From assembly GCA_964016885.1 (NCBI GenBank), contig OZ024743.1, positions 245,954,001 through 246,018,000 on the forward strand: 64,000 nt of DNA. Direction: 5' to 3'. Numbering within the stretch: position 1 is the stretch's first letter; every line of letters begins with the position of its first letter. This stretch comes from Eledone cirrhosa. Its lineage: Eukaryota. A program made the position numbers and the translations under genes. The notes beneath the pieces are model-generated. The model did not search any database and had not been told where the DNA came from. It saw only the letters and a program-made list of their open reading frames with translations. Of the stretch, positions 24,680 to 37,640 are shown piece after piece.

Positions 24680-25429
24680 TGGGGATTCTTCTCTTTGTGT
24701 TGTGCCTCTCCTTTGTTCTGTCCTACGTCATCTTGTTTTTGTGTGTGTTGTGTGCTTAGTTTGCGCATGTGTTACATCCGGGTGTCTGTGTGTGTTTTTA
24801 TTTGTTTATTTATTTGTTTATTTACATGTAACTGGTTGGTTGTTTGTTCTATGTGTGTGTGTTTTCATTTTGTCCTTAATTGTAAGTTGTGATGTTGCTA
24901 TTCCATTCATGTTTTCTATTCAATTTTGGTTGGAGTTCATTTATGTTTATTGCCTCTATGATTTGTTTATACATTGCGTCTTTTCTGTGTATAGATTTTA
25001 TTTTTATTTCTATGTTCTCTAATTTACCCTTATGTTCTATTTTAGCATGTTGGTGGAGTACTGATGAATCTTTTCTATCTTGAAGCTCTCGCCAGTGTTC
25101 ATTTAATCGTTCTCCTATACTACGAGCTGTCTCACCTATGTACACTATATTCTTATCTTTACATTGTCCTTCAGTACATCTTATGCTATATACTATGTTT
25201 CTAGTTTTACAGTTAATATGGGGGCTTAGTTTACAGATTATGCATTTCTTATCTATACAGGGAGATCTTTGAAGAGGTATGTATTACTAATAAGTGTTTT
25301 TATGGAGGTACCTGGTCTTTCTACTATCTTAATATTTAGTTTATCTAGGGCCCTTCTTGGGCAACATGACCCTCCCAAAGTATAACAATATTGGTTTCAA
25401 CACACGTTTTCAGATAAAGAATCTTGCTA

Positions 25430-25512
<83 letters not shown>

Positions 25513-25518
<6 letters not shown>

Positions 25519-26919
25519 TATATTATATTTAGAGATTAAACTCATAGTCGTTTACAATTAATCAGCTCAAAGAAAGAGGCATTTCTGAGCAGTGAAATAC
25601 AAGTTATATATTAATATATATGATAAACACAAACGTGTTTGTATTGTAAGAGACAAAGTTAGCTAGCATGAAATAAACTAATTAAAGTGAATACAATTTA
25701 TCTGTCTCGATATAAGTCAATAAAGACAAGCTTATATTGGCAAAAGCCGTGATTCCTGGACAAATTTAAATTTCAAAATCCAAACCCCGTAGATGAATTT
25801 GAACTTCGAAACCCAAATATGTTTCGCAACGATGGTACATGAATTGAAAAATAAAGAGAATCGAAATGAAATTGAAATAAAAAGTGAAATATCCAAATCT
25901 TCTGTGCTTATCAACAGGATTCCAGTAAAATTAGTACATCCCACCTTCAAAAATTTTGCAGGACTGATTAAATGTGGTGTAGCCAGCTATACTAGCCATC
26001 CCATGCTCCCGGTGCTAGAAATAACAGCCGTTTATATGGGATTAAAGATCAGCTCTACAGTTAAGGAGCAATATACTATATTATATTTAGAGATTAAACT
26101 CATAGTCGTTTACAATTAATCAGCTCAAAGAAAGAGGCATTTCTGAGCAGTGAAATACAAGTTATATATTAATATATATGATAAACACAAACGTGTTTGT
26201 ATTGTAAGAGACAAAGTTAGCTAGCATGAAATAAACTAATTAAAGTGAATACAATTTGTCTGTTTCGATATAAGTCAATAAAGATAAGCTTATATTGGCA
26301 AAAGCCGTGATTCCTGGACAAATTTAAATTTCAAAATCCAAACCCGCTCCGTAGATGAATTTGAACTTCGAAAACAAAAAAAAAAAAAAAACAAAAAAAA
26401 AATTATATATATATATATATATATATAGTGAGTGAGAGTGAGAGAGAGCAGTAGGCTTGCAATCAAAAGGTTGTGAGTTCAATTCTCGGACCTGGTGATG
26501 TGTTGTTTCCTTCAGCAAGACACTTTATTTCACGTTGCTCCAGTTTACTCAGCTGAAAATGAATACCAGCAATAGCTGGAGGTTTAACTCTGGGAGGAGT
26601 CGTGTACTCTCAGTCGCTTCACGCCGTGGGGTCGGGATGGGCACCGGCCAAATGAGCCTTCTGGCTTAAGATAGACTTTAGACTTACGGCCTGCTTGCCC
26701 AGCCAGTGGGATGGCGTCATCGTATGGCTAAAATAGCACGTGCTGTGACCAGCGGCGCCGAATGGCGCCCGACAGACTGGTCGGTCAAGGAGATCAAGGT
26801 GATATATATATATGGGCCCTCCAATTTCATTTTACATTATATACATGTCTCCTGTATATTCTAATTCTTTAAAAATTAGTTTTAAGTGAACGTGACATAA
26901 CGGGTCACGGGTGGTCTAG
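25513..26919 (+). mobile_element. Probable second Helitron with duplicated 5' segment and a SINE insertion
   Basis: 3' hairpin CGTGAC..GTCACG then CTAG|T (26919); ~300-bp near-identical repeat 25513-25811 / 26071-26372 starting TATACTATATTA; 5' TC not intact. Confidence 0.55.
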
Positions 26920-27459
26920 TTATATTTATTTTTCAGTATCTGCCAAAACAAGGACGACAATTTTATTATACCTAAATTTTCAGAGTTTATCAGAACAAGG
27001 TTAACAACTTTAGTCCGTCATAAAGTCTACAATCGAAGTTGTATCCCTTGAACACAATTTAGTTAAATTTAGTTATTTTAACAAAATTATATATACAAAA
27101 CAAAGACTGGGTAGCAAATTAATTTTTACATAAAATCTAGACCAATAAGCGTATATGATAATTAAGTAAGAAAGTTGATTGCTAGCAAATCGCGTAACAA
27201 AACTGACACATCAACGTAGTCGTTGTTTGATTTGCTAGAAATAGTAGCCAATTCGCCGTTAAATCATTCTTTACTCGTTCGAGGGCTTATCATATTGCCT
27301 TAATTACGCTATGGATTCAACGAACGTAACAAGAGTTCGTAATGTTTATCAGACAAGTACAATGTTTATACTGTAAAAATATCTCACAAATTGCAGGAAT
27401 GGAAATCTTTTTTCTTGGTAGGTCTTTGGGAAGTGGTAATGTCCATGGTCTTCACATAC

Positions 27460-28200
27460 CTTCCGAGGCCGTAAGAGGTTAATGCAGTTTGTGTTCCGTT
27501 TAAATAGTTATAGGTCCACTCCTTTGGGAAAAACATGAACAAGGATGGAATTCAGTGGGGTGAGGGATGACGTTCTGAGCAAGAAGGACTGGGCAGAGTG
27601 ATCAGTGTGAAGAATGGAGAAGGGTGCACAACATGGATGGTAAGAGGAGGAGAGATGAGTAAATTGGAATGCTCAAGGAGCAGAAACCAATGTGGTAACA
27701 GTAGAAAAGGAGGGGAGAGTATGTCAGTGTGCCAAAGGCAGGAGAATGTCAGAAAGTGACCTTAAACTGATTAGTTTTTCAAAAATGCAGTTTAGTATGC
27801 CAGTTTGAACAACAACAGCCCATCCCAAATATGAGAGTAGTACTCCAATTGAGTTTCGTAGAGGTTCATTAGTATTTGGAAGTTGAAATATTTTCTGATC
27901 ATGAAGAGAAGAGTCATTCATTCAGATGCAATCATAGCTATGTTGATGAGGTGTGTTCCTAGATGATATAGTTGGGGTTTCCTCAACAAAGTACCATGGC
28001 TTTGATACTGTAGATTTGAATGGAGATTGGAAACTCAATTATTTCGGTGCGGTGCCAGAAAGAACTGCACAGGTGGAAGTGGCAATATTCACAAGTTCTC
28101 AGTTGTCAGAATGTGTTATGAAATGGATTCCCTAGGGAGAATTTGGCTCTTGAAACTTGGTGTGGATGGTGCAAGTTTGGTTCCTTGTTTTATTTTGGTG
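27460..28200 (-). mobile_element. Old CR1/Zenon-like LINE 3' remnant
   Basis: Degenerate LMNLYETQLEYYSHIWDG...LLPLAH...SFLLRT...VFPKG..LFKR. Confidence 0.55.
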
Positions 28201-28221
28201 TGTTTTCAAATAACGCTAGGG

Positions 28222-29060
28222 TCAGAAAGAAATGCCAAATAAACCATAATTGGCATTATTTTGTCCATGGCTTCTGTGATAACTTCTAAGACCAGTTTTA
28301 CTGAGGCAAATCTGGTCACATCCATTGCACATAAAGTCATTTTGAGCATCTGAACATCCAGGTAAAGTAATATCATGTAGAACCCTTTTTGATTTTTCAT
28401 GCTCCACACAAGATTTTTCAAATTCCTGTTTTCCATTAAACATTGTTTTCCTTCAAGATGATCGATCTAAGGCAATGTCTTCCCAGTTATCTTCTCTGAT
28501 GTTTTGCTTTATCAAAACTCTTTTTATGCAGTTTTTATACCTGAGTTTTGGTTTATGCCTTGGCCTTTTGCTTTTTACTAACTTCCCATACAGTAACTGC
28601 TTAGGGATACAATGATCTGGCATTCTTACATGGCCACTCCTGCACAATCTATATTAAATTATGAGAGATTCAATACTTTTAAAACGACTTCATTCCAGCA
28701 CTTCAACATCACTCATATGTGATTGCCAATGGATACCGAGTATTCAGCGAAAACACTTTTGATGGAAATGTTCAAGCATTTTTATATTTTTCTCTGGTAT
28801 CTGACCTAAGTTTCACATGCATACAACAGTGAAAACAATACACATGTTCTATATTCCTTTAACATTATATCAATGGAACCCATGTTGACACCAGAGTCAC
28901 CTATCAATTTACCAAAAGAATCACTACCTTTCTTTAGTCGTAAAGAGATTTCATCATCAAAGGTGTTTGTCATATTAACTATGCTGCCTAAATACACAAA
29001 TTTATCCATAATCTTCAATGTTTTGCCATACATATAAATGCTAGAATCAGTGAAATCCTT
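28222..29060 (-). mobile_element. RTE/BovB-type LINE 3' remnant with C2H2 finger
   Basis: FVYLGS..DDEISLRLKKGSDSFGKL..LLYACET; GHVRMPDHCIPKQLLYG; CNGCDQICLSKTGLRSYHRSH. Confidence 0.85.
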
Positions 29061-29399
29061 GCGCAGAGCAAGTTGATACAAGCCTTGGCCAGACTGATTA
29101 TCAGACCTGATACACTGCTTGCTTCTGAAAAAGAGTCCATCCACCGCTGACAAAAACAAAAACAAAAAAGGACTTATGATAACGAAATGATGAGGGAGGA
29201 GAGTAATAATAAATTGCTAAGGTGATGATGAAAAACCTGCTGATATTTATAATGAATGGTGTCAGACTGAAGTTATTACTATTATTTAGTCCCAGGTCAG
29301 CCCTAATCGAGTGAACCTATGACCAAACATATTCCAGTCTTGAATCAGTCCCATTTTCTTTTACACATAATGTATCCAAGGCTACCTTATCCAATCTAT

Positions 29400-30350
29400 T
29401 CTGCTAGGAAGTTCTGTCAGCAGGGCTTGTCTGAGATGTGCACAGGGCAATGAAACCCTCCAGCACACATTCATTGAATGTCCATATATTGCTGAGTTGT
29501 AGGTTTATGTCGAACACCTACTGTTACGTGTGGGACAGATCCAACTATCAACAGAGTCCATTGTGAAGATCATCCCACCATCTTCCTTTAGAGAGGAAGG
29601 ACAGGCAGTTTTTAATCTGCCTGGTGGCCATGATGAAAGAGGCCATGTGGTGGACACATTTGAAATGGTTGAAGACAAATACTTTCTTCTTCAACAAAGC
29701 CTTGATTAACTTTTTCAGGTTTCACTTGAAGACAAAAACCAGGGTGGAGAGGGAAATGTCGCCTTCAATTTGTTGAAAGGAGGGTTTAGAGAGGGGAGCG
29801 TGGTCCGAGTGAACGGAGCATCTGCTGTCACGTGTGGGACGGATCCGACTGTCAACTGAGTCCATCGTCAAAATCGCCCTGCAGCTTTTCCTTAGCCAAA
29901 AAGAGCAGGCTGTTTTAGTCTGTTTGGTGGCCATGGCTAGAGGTCGTATGGTAGATGTGTCTGAAAGGGCTGAAGATGGGTACTTTCCTTTTCAGCGACC
30001 CCTTGATTAACTTCGTCAGGTTTCACTTGAAAAGGAAATCTGTGTAGAGAAGGAAGTGCTGCTTCAAAACAATTTCTTGAAAGGTGGGTGAAAGAGGCAA
30101 GAATGGTTAGAGTGAATGAGCCTGCTCTGAGCGAATGCTTGAAGATTGCAGGAGGAGACCTGGAGAAGACACTTGCTCAGGCGGTCAGGGTGAGTGGCTT
30201 TTGTGGGCTTTCTCCACGAGTAACCTCAGAAGGTTCCCCCAGTTGGGGAATTTTTTGTTTCTATTTTTTGTTACATCTTTTGTTTTATACTCATTTTTAC
30301 ACGCAGAAACCCACATTGTACTGTCCTTAATGTATTTTTTATGTAAACCC
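29400..30350 (+). mobile_element. L1/Tx1-like ORF2 C-terminal remnant with internal ~300-bp duplication
   Basis: CLRC..ETLQHTFIEC zinc knuckle; segment ~29505-29760 recurs at ~29805-30060. Confidence 0.65.
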
Positions 30351-31145
30351 TTTGGATTGGCAGTATCAGTAGAGGGTCGAACGCCATGCTTTACAGCAAA
30401 GAGTTACGGACTTTTATGGTCTGAGTTCAAATCCCGCCGAGGTTAACTTTGCCTTTCATCCTTACGGGGTGGATAAAATAAAGTACCAGTAATACACTGG
30501 CATAATTGCTGGCATTGTGACAAAAGTAGAAACAATTATTATTATTGAGTTCAAATCCCGCCGAGGTTAATTTAGCCTTTCATCCTTACAGGGTCGATAA
30601 AATAAAGCACTAGTAATGCACTGGGATAATTGCTGGCAAGGTGTCAAAAGTAGAAACAACTATTTAATTTTGTCAGTTACTTTTAGCAGTTCCAGTAATC
30701 GCGCTAATGCTGTCTCGTTAGCCCGGGGTGTAGCAAGATTGTCAAATTACAATGCAGTGGGCATGATACATTAGAAAGTAAAAATCAACTTTTATAACTT
30801 CCAGGAGAAAGATTATGGCAGGAATGGAATAAAGACTGGGTGTGGAATTGCCGTAATTAAAAAACAAAAATTTGAAACAAAAAATGTAAACGTTGGGAAT
30901 GCGAATCACTATTTGGCAAGTCAGCATAATTCTAAAAACAAATACAAAAAGTATCGACAGTTAGCAGTAAAACATAGTACAATATAAAATAAAAGTTAAG
31001 CAGAAATGTAATATTTAATATAACATATTATATTTGATGTTAAATATCATCAATATGATATGTTATCGGCGAAAATATGACAAAACTATAAGCTGTTATT
31101 AGATAAGATTGGAAATAAACAGTCTAATAGAGTTAGTTCCCTTTG

Positions 31146-31200
31146 CCGGATGTTTCTATCTTTCCCAGAATCCTGTTAGCGCCACGTCCTCACAAGTGGA
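31146..31200 (+). promoter_or_regulatory. Putative KDELR proximal promoter motif cluster
   Basis: CCGGATGT (ETS-like, 31146), TTCCCAGAA (GAS/STAT, 31162) and GCCACGTC (CREB3/XBP1-like, 31181), all within 111 bp of the ATG. Confidence 0.45.
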
Positions 31201-31256
31201 GACATTGCAGAAGGTGTGAGAAGAACAACAGCCAGAGACTTGAAATAACAGCCAAC

Positions 31257-31347
31257 ATGAATATTTTCAGGCTCATTGGAGATATGTCACATTTGCTGGC
31301 AATTATCATATTGTTGCTGAAAATATGGAAGACAAGATCTTGTGCAG
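31257..31347 (+). CDS. KDELR: ER lumen protein-retaining (KDEL) receptor, exon 1 (91 nt)
   Basis: [31 protein letters not shown]; Kozak-like GCCAACATG; donor GTTAGT at 31348 (phase 1). Confidence 0.97.
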
Positions 31348-31657
31348 GTTAGTCAATATTCAGTGCCTTCCTTCACTGCCGTGTCTTGGACTGCTGTGTT
31401 CTGTTCACTTGAAACTGACAAGTGTTACGCCGGTTCATTCATAACTTTGCTTCGCAACTACACTAAATACTACTTCATTTATCCACATTAAACACCTGAA
31501 TTTCTTCCAGCTTTTGCATCACTTCTCAATCCTCGATTCTATAACGCTTAGAAGAACGCACCACTGATGATTGATATATAAATATATTATCTTGGATATC
31601 TCAATATCGCTCTAGATAAACCGCCCAATACTTCGCTCAAAAGCCAAGCATTATATT

Positions 31658-31721
<64 letters not shown>

Positions 31722-34162
31722 GTGTGTGTTGAGATTGCTTCTGCAAAGTTGATTTATATTGCTTGCTAAAGATATTGAGTTTTACTAGTATTTCAGCATG
31801 CTTTTTACCTTTTGAGTGTATTATATATTTCAGTTTCAATGACACCAAAACTTCTTTATAGTTTTCATATTTCCTTAGAAATAAATCGTTGCACAACTTT
31901 ATATATATATGAATGTAAAATTATGCATAGACTTAGTCAAATATCTGAATGAGCACTCAATACATATGAACAGGAAATAGATTTTAATTTTCAAAGCAAA
32001 GGTGACAGTGACTTCCAAGTTTAGACTGACTGTGGATTGCCTTTATATACGTGTGTTTGTGTCAGTTTCTACAGGGGGGTCTATCATTGAAGCTATCTCG
32101 CAACAGCTTTGGGGATCATTAATTTTCATTGATTAGTGTTGAACGCATGTACATTTTTGTGTTGTTGTAACTGGTTACTTTGTTGCACATCTGCATATTG
32201 TGTAAAATTTAACTTCGATGTACAATACAAATTTCTGCAAAGTTTCTTCCCACAAATTCTAACATACACAGCCTTTTTTCTTTGAGGAAGATCAGATCAG
32301 ATATTCACAAACCCTCTTTAGCTCTCCGGGCCCCGGACTGATGTACGGGCTGCCTCACTACCCCATCGTTTTATTGATCTGCACTGGCGCTTGATATTTC
32401 GCAAAGATTACGGTATGGTTTGATTCAATTATTTGAAATGCGAGGTAATAACGAAGAAACGGCCCTGTAAATACATACAGGTACATTATGTAACAGAGGA
32501 CGGATCAGCGTGTGCAGTGAAGTCTGTTATTTATTACTCAATAATGTGTAAACTTTCACTTATTCATGTGGTTTATATATTTACCTGGCTGACTTTACAA
32601 TATATTAAACGATATTGTTTCTAATACTTGATGTCTTTGCTTTTCTCTACATTATTTCAATGGTGTTAATTAGTTATTTATGGTGATGGATGGAAGCAAC
32701 TGTTTTCAGAAATACATTTAGCCAACTAACTACACATCTGTTGCATACTAGCCATCATCAGAGCTTGGTTGTCACTCTACCTGTTAGAAATATGCGCCAA
32801 ATTATGCATATACCTTACATGTATATATAAGCCAAAGAATCAGCCACTACGAGAACAATTGACCTACTTCAAATGGCAGCTAAATCCCTGTCATATTAGA
32901 CTGATTCTATTGTTTTATTCCTCGCTTTCTCTAATGTGTATTAAGGCAAGGGAACCTCTATTGAATCACTCGACCTGTTAGAAATATCAATAAAAAATCT
33001 CTTAAATCACACCCTACCGTCTCAAAAAATAAAGAGTACATTGGATAATATAGTCTTAGATGCAGTATCTATAAAAAGAAATTAGACTAGGGGATCACGG
33101 TTGGAATGTTTTTGATCATAGATCTGTTGGATCAGATGTAAAATTTTCATAAGATTGTTATTACTGTTATTATTGAGTCGATGTAGTTAAAGTTAATCTT
33201 TCTTGGCCAATCTCTTTGATTACTCAATTCTTGCTGGCTTAGGCTGGGTTCCCTGCTGATTTCAGCTAAGTAGTTGTAAATATTTTCATTCTGCTGGCTC
33301 GGCAGAAAAGTTATCTCACACACAAACTCTGTCTAGCTTTTCGTTCTGCTGGGAAAGTGTGGAAATGGTTCACAATTTGCTCTCCAGATCCTGCCAAATG
33401 CTCTCGCTCCCTCTCATTCTTTAAACATATAATCAATCTAAGTGTTGCTCTGTCTTAACAGCTTCCTCCCATTTTCTGTGGAATGTCAATATCTGTCAAA
33501 AACGAGAAGAGCTCAGCTCAGCCTCTGTGGGCGACTGATGGTGTGCGGGTTTGTTATAGTAGTAACTATTAGTAGCAGCAGTGATAGTGGTAGTGGTGGT
33601 GGTAAAGAGAGTAGGGAGACAAGACATAATAAGATGTAGGGTTATGGTTAAGCTAGACTGTAATTTTTGCAAGGTTGGGGTTTATGGTTTACTGTCTACG
33701 TATGGCGTGGACACGTTGCTAGTCAAACTATATCGACTGCTGCTGCCACATAAGCCATTACTCCGTACTAACTTCCGTTTGTTTCTTACTTCCTTCTCAC
33801 CGAAACGTGATTCTCTCTCTATATTTTTCAACTCATCGATTTTAAATTCTCACTTCTACCTACAATTAATAAACCAACGATTAAAATGTGGACGACGTTT
33901 AATGATGGGTTTTCGTTTAAAAAATCCCGTTCAAACATGCAAATTGCAATTTAGGCAACAAACATTGATATCTATGCAAACTACCATGATAGTTATTTTA
34001 TTACTATATTTTTAATTTATTGATAATTTTATATTATTTAAGTAGATGGCATTAATCATTTTGCAATAGCACTGTAGGAAGTTCCTTATTATGACCATAG
34101 TACCCATGCAGAGTTAGACTGCACACACGCATACATTTACACTCCCTGTGTGTGTGTGTATG

Positions 34163-34199
<37 letters not shown>

Positions 34200-37100
34200 C
34201 ACTCGTTCAGCGCATCGGTAGGGGTTCTCCTACATGGATATAAAGTAGTGGCCGTACTCGAAAACGAGTTGGCAGCCACTATATATATATATATATATAT
34301 ATAACTGTGTGTGATGCTTCTGTCCAGAGCTTGGTGGGCGTTACATGTAGCCTGTATCAGTTTGACCTCTTTACCGGCGTTTTAAATCGTATTTAGTCCT
34401 TGCTTTGTCGCTGTGCATTGCATGAGTCGACATGTTAGCGAAGCCAGAGTTATTTCAGATTTATATACATTGCTATTTAACATTTACCAGTCACTTGACT
34501 TACTAGACGTAGCAGCTAAATCTCCCTCGAATTACACAAACTCTCTTAACGGTGCTATTGCTATTTCGCACCTCACTTAACTGATTAACCTCCTTTTAAC
34601 ATCTAATAACTGAATTTTTACTCTTTCGGTCTACGCCTACCTAAATAGCCACGTAGCTTCGAGTAGTATTCCCTTAGCAAGATCCCCACCACAGTTTTCT
34701 CACTGTGATCATTGCTAATCTGTGAAATCTCTGTCATTGTCAATCATATTGTTTAGTATCCTGAAAAGTACCTCAATCAAAACCAACTACATTTGGTAGA
34801 AATTTTCTCTGATTGGAAGGGAGCCTACTTTTCTTACTGTCAAATTGTTTTACTTTAAAGTGTGTTTTCTGCGTGTAGTTACATGTGTGCAGCTGACGCG
34901 AAAATGTATTGCTTTGGTGCAAAGCAAAAGTGCAGTAGTGCCGAAATGCCTCTTATCATAAGATACTTGACCTGGGCTGACCTTGCATTACACGATTTTT
35001 TAACTTTTAATTCATTATGAAAAATCTCACCAGTTTAGTTTCTATTTATTAGTACAGAAATTGTACTGTTTACATGTTGCTTTATTATTATGAATGCTCA
35101 ACTTATGCTAGCATGGAAAGCGGACGATAAATGATAGTGATTTAACTTAAGAACAGCGGCGAATGAGAATTGTTAGTGCATCGGACTAAGTAACTTACGG
35201 TGTTTGTTCAGCTTCTTTACGTTATGAGTTCAAGTTTCGCCGAGGTCAACTTTGCTTTTCAATATTCCGGGTTTGATTAAATAATGTATCAGTTAAGAAC
35301 TGGGTTCATATATTTGATTGTTCCGTTTCTCGTCAAACTACTGGCATTCTGCCAGTGTGAACAATTATTCCCGTTAATTTATGTAACTTATATGTTTGTA
35401 TATCATTGGAATAACTGAGAATTTTGATATCGTTGACATTCCATCAGGTTGGAATGAGATAAATATATAAAAATAGTTGTATTATTTCACTAGCTATTGG
35501 CCTTGGTTAAGGTGTTGGGCCCACCACGATCTTAAGGTCGTCGGTTCAGTTCCATGACTGGGCGGCAAGTTGTGTCTTTGAGCAAGACACTTTATTTCAC
35601 ATTGCTCCAGTCAACTCAGGTGGGGGAAAATGAGTTGCAACATCATTGGTGTCAAACAATATCAACCTTGTCTTTCCCTTGGACAACATCAGTGGCATGG
35701 AGATAGCTAAATGGCATGCATAGACAAATGCTAGTCTTCCACAAAACAATTTACCCATGTTTTTACCTTAGAGAAGTGCAAACTTGTGGTTAATCATGAC
35801 CGAAGGGGGTCTTTTTTTTAAACTGGCTTGGTCCATTGACTGAGCCAGTCTTTACATTGTCACTTGACCCACTAGAAGTAGCAGCAAATTTCCCTCAAAT
35901 CACACACTACTATCCGAAATAAAGAAAGGGCATATTAAATAATTGTTTCTACTTTTGGCACAAGGCCAGCCATTATTCCAGTGTATTTCTGTTACTTTCT
36001 TTTATCGACCCCGTAAGGATGAAAGGCAAAGTTAACCTCGAAATAATTGTTTCTACTTTAGGCACAAGGCCAGCAATTACCCAGTGCATTACTGGTACTT
36101 TATTTTATCGACCCCGTAGGATGAAAGGCAAAGTCAACCTCGGCTGGATTTGAACTCAGATCGTAAAGGGACGTAACTATGCTGGAAAGCATAACGTCCG
36201 ACCATCTACCGATACTGCCAATCCACCTCGAAATAATGTAGTCTAAACATAACCCTTAAAAAATATGGAATCCTTTAATCAATCAATTATAGGTTTTCGC
36301 AGTCAGAGTTGACTAGAAAGTAAGCAATAATAACTCTTATGAAGACAAATCAACAACAGAACCTCTGTTGCATGGAATGCTAGGAATAGCAGCCAAATCT
36401 GCTTCAAGTGATACACTACCATCTTACAAAGGAAAGACGTTGAATTATGTAGTTCTAGAGGCACAATGTCTGAAAAAAAAAAAGACAGGATGGTCAGGGC
36501 TGGAATGATTTGATTATATATCTATTGAATTAGACCTAAAACAACTTATGAAGTGATGAGAAGTACCCTTGAATCTGGAACAAATCTGTTTTTGCCCATG
36601 GAGGTGCAAACCACGTGGACTGAAGAAGGCTCTGAACCTAGAGAGATAACTCTTATATTAATAATAAACACGACCTTCTAAACCTGTTAAAATTAAGTTT
36701 AGTTTCTGTGGCTTGACCTAAGTTTGAATTAATGAGGTTCTGGTAGGGAAGAAGCCTGGCTTTCTGCTAAATGTTTTTCTTATTGGGAGTCAGTCCAAAT
36801 GCAGGTACCAAATTGGACAACTAAAAGCATCTAATGGCCAGATAGGCCACAGCATAATTTATACTCAGTGACAAGAGCTAGAACATATACTGCAAGGCAT
36901 CTCATCTAATACTCCAACAATTCTGCCAAATTTACCACTCTGGACTACTTTATTTTTTCAACTCCTGAAGAATGAAAAGCAAAAGTTGACCTCAGGGATT
37001 TGAACTCACAGCACAAATAGCCAAGGCAAATACCACAAGGATCTTTGTCCTATGCTCTAATTTCTCGTCATTTTTCAAAGCTAGTTAAAGGGAAAGAGGG

Positions 37101-37269
37101 CAATGTCAGTGACAATAGGCTATTGGAGAAGTAGTAGAATTGGCAGAGAGAAGAAACAGCCGTCTGTGAGCTAGGAGTTGTAGTTTGTTGGTGATTGATT
37201 TTTTTTTTTTTGTTAATCAATCAAATGGCCCTTTGTTTTGGATTCAGCCTAGAATGTCTGTGTACGTAA

Positions 37270-37640
37270 CAATAGCAAAAGCACTGTCCCATAGATGTGA
37301 GCAGTACTGTAATTTAGGTTTAGAATATCTGTAAGCATACCAACAACACCAAACCACAAATGTGAGCAGTAATGTGGAACTAGGATGTTTGAGTAAACAG
37401 TAGTACAATGTTAGATAATGTAGTGTAGCAGCAACAATGTCCTGTAGATGTGAACAGTACTGTAATGTGATTCTAGGATATCTGAGTGTAGCAGCAACAC
37501 TGTGCCACAGATGTGAGCAGTATTGTAATGTGGTTTACTATGTGTATGTATAACAGCAATACTGTAATGTGGTTTAAAGATATGTGTATGTCGAGAAGCA
37601 ACACTGTCCCACAGATGTCAACAGTACTGTAATGTGGGTT
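37270..37640. repeat. Degenerate minisatellite (~50-70 bp)
   Basis: Recurrent GCAACACTGTCCCACAGATGTGAGCAGTACTGTAATGTGG. Confidence 0.7.

Larger units (their letters stand above)
23528..25440 (-). mobile_element. 5'-truncated PLE (family B) with GIY-YIG endonuclease and inverted 5' tail, interrupted by a Helitron
   Basis: CIIC..NCKTRNIVYSIRC..VYIGETARSIGERLNEH..IEAINI..LNRKHE (~25300-24876); 30-bp inverted termini at 23528-58 and 25360-89; (TA)n on both sides. Confidence 0.88.

Noticed and set aside
31143-31256. N-terminal extension of KDELR from an upstream TTG
   Set aside because: The conserved protein starts at MNIFR with a good Kozak context; the upstream region looks like promoter/5'UTR.
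31565-31620. Isolated CTGATGA matches (also ~5397, 6263, 32756, 46111, 48044, 53781)
   Set aside because: No stem II/GAAA/stem I geometry and no convincing C/D snoRNA termini.
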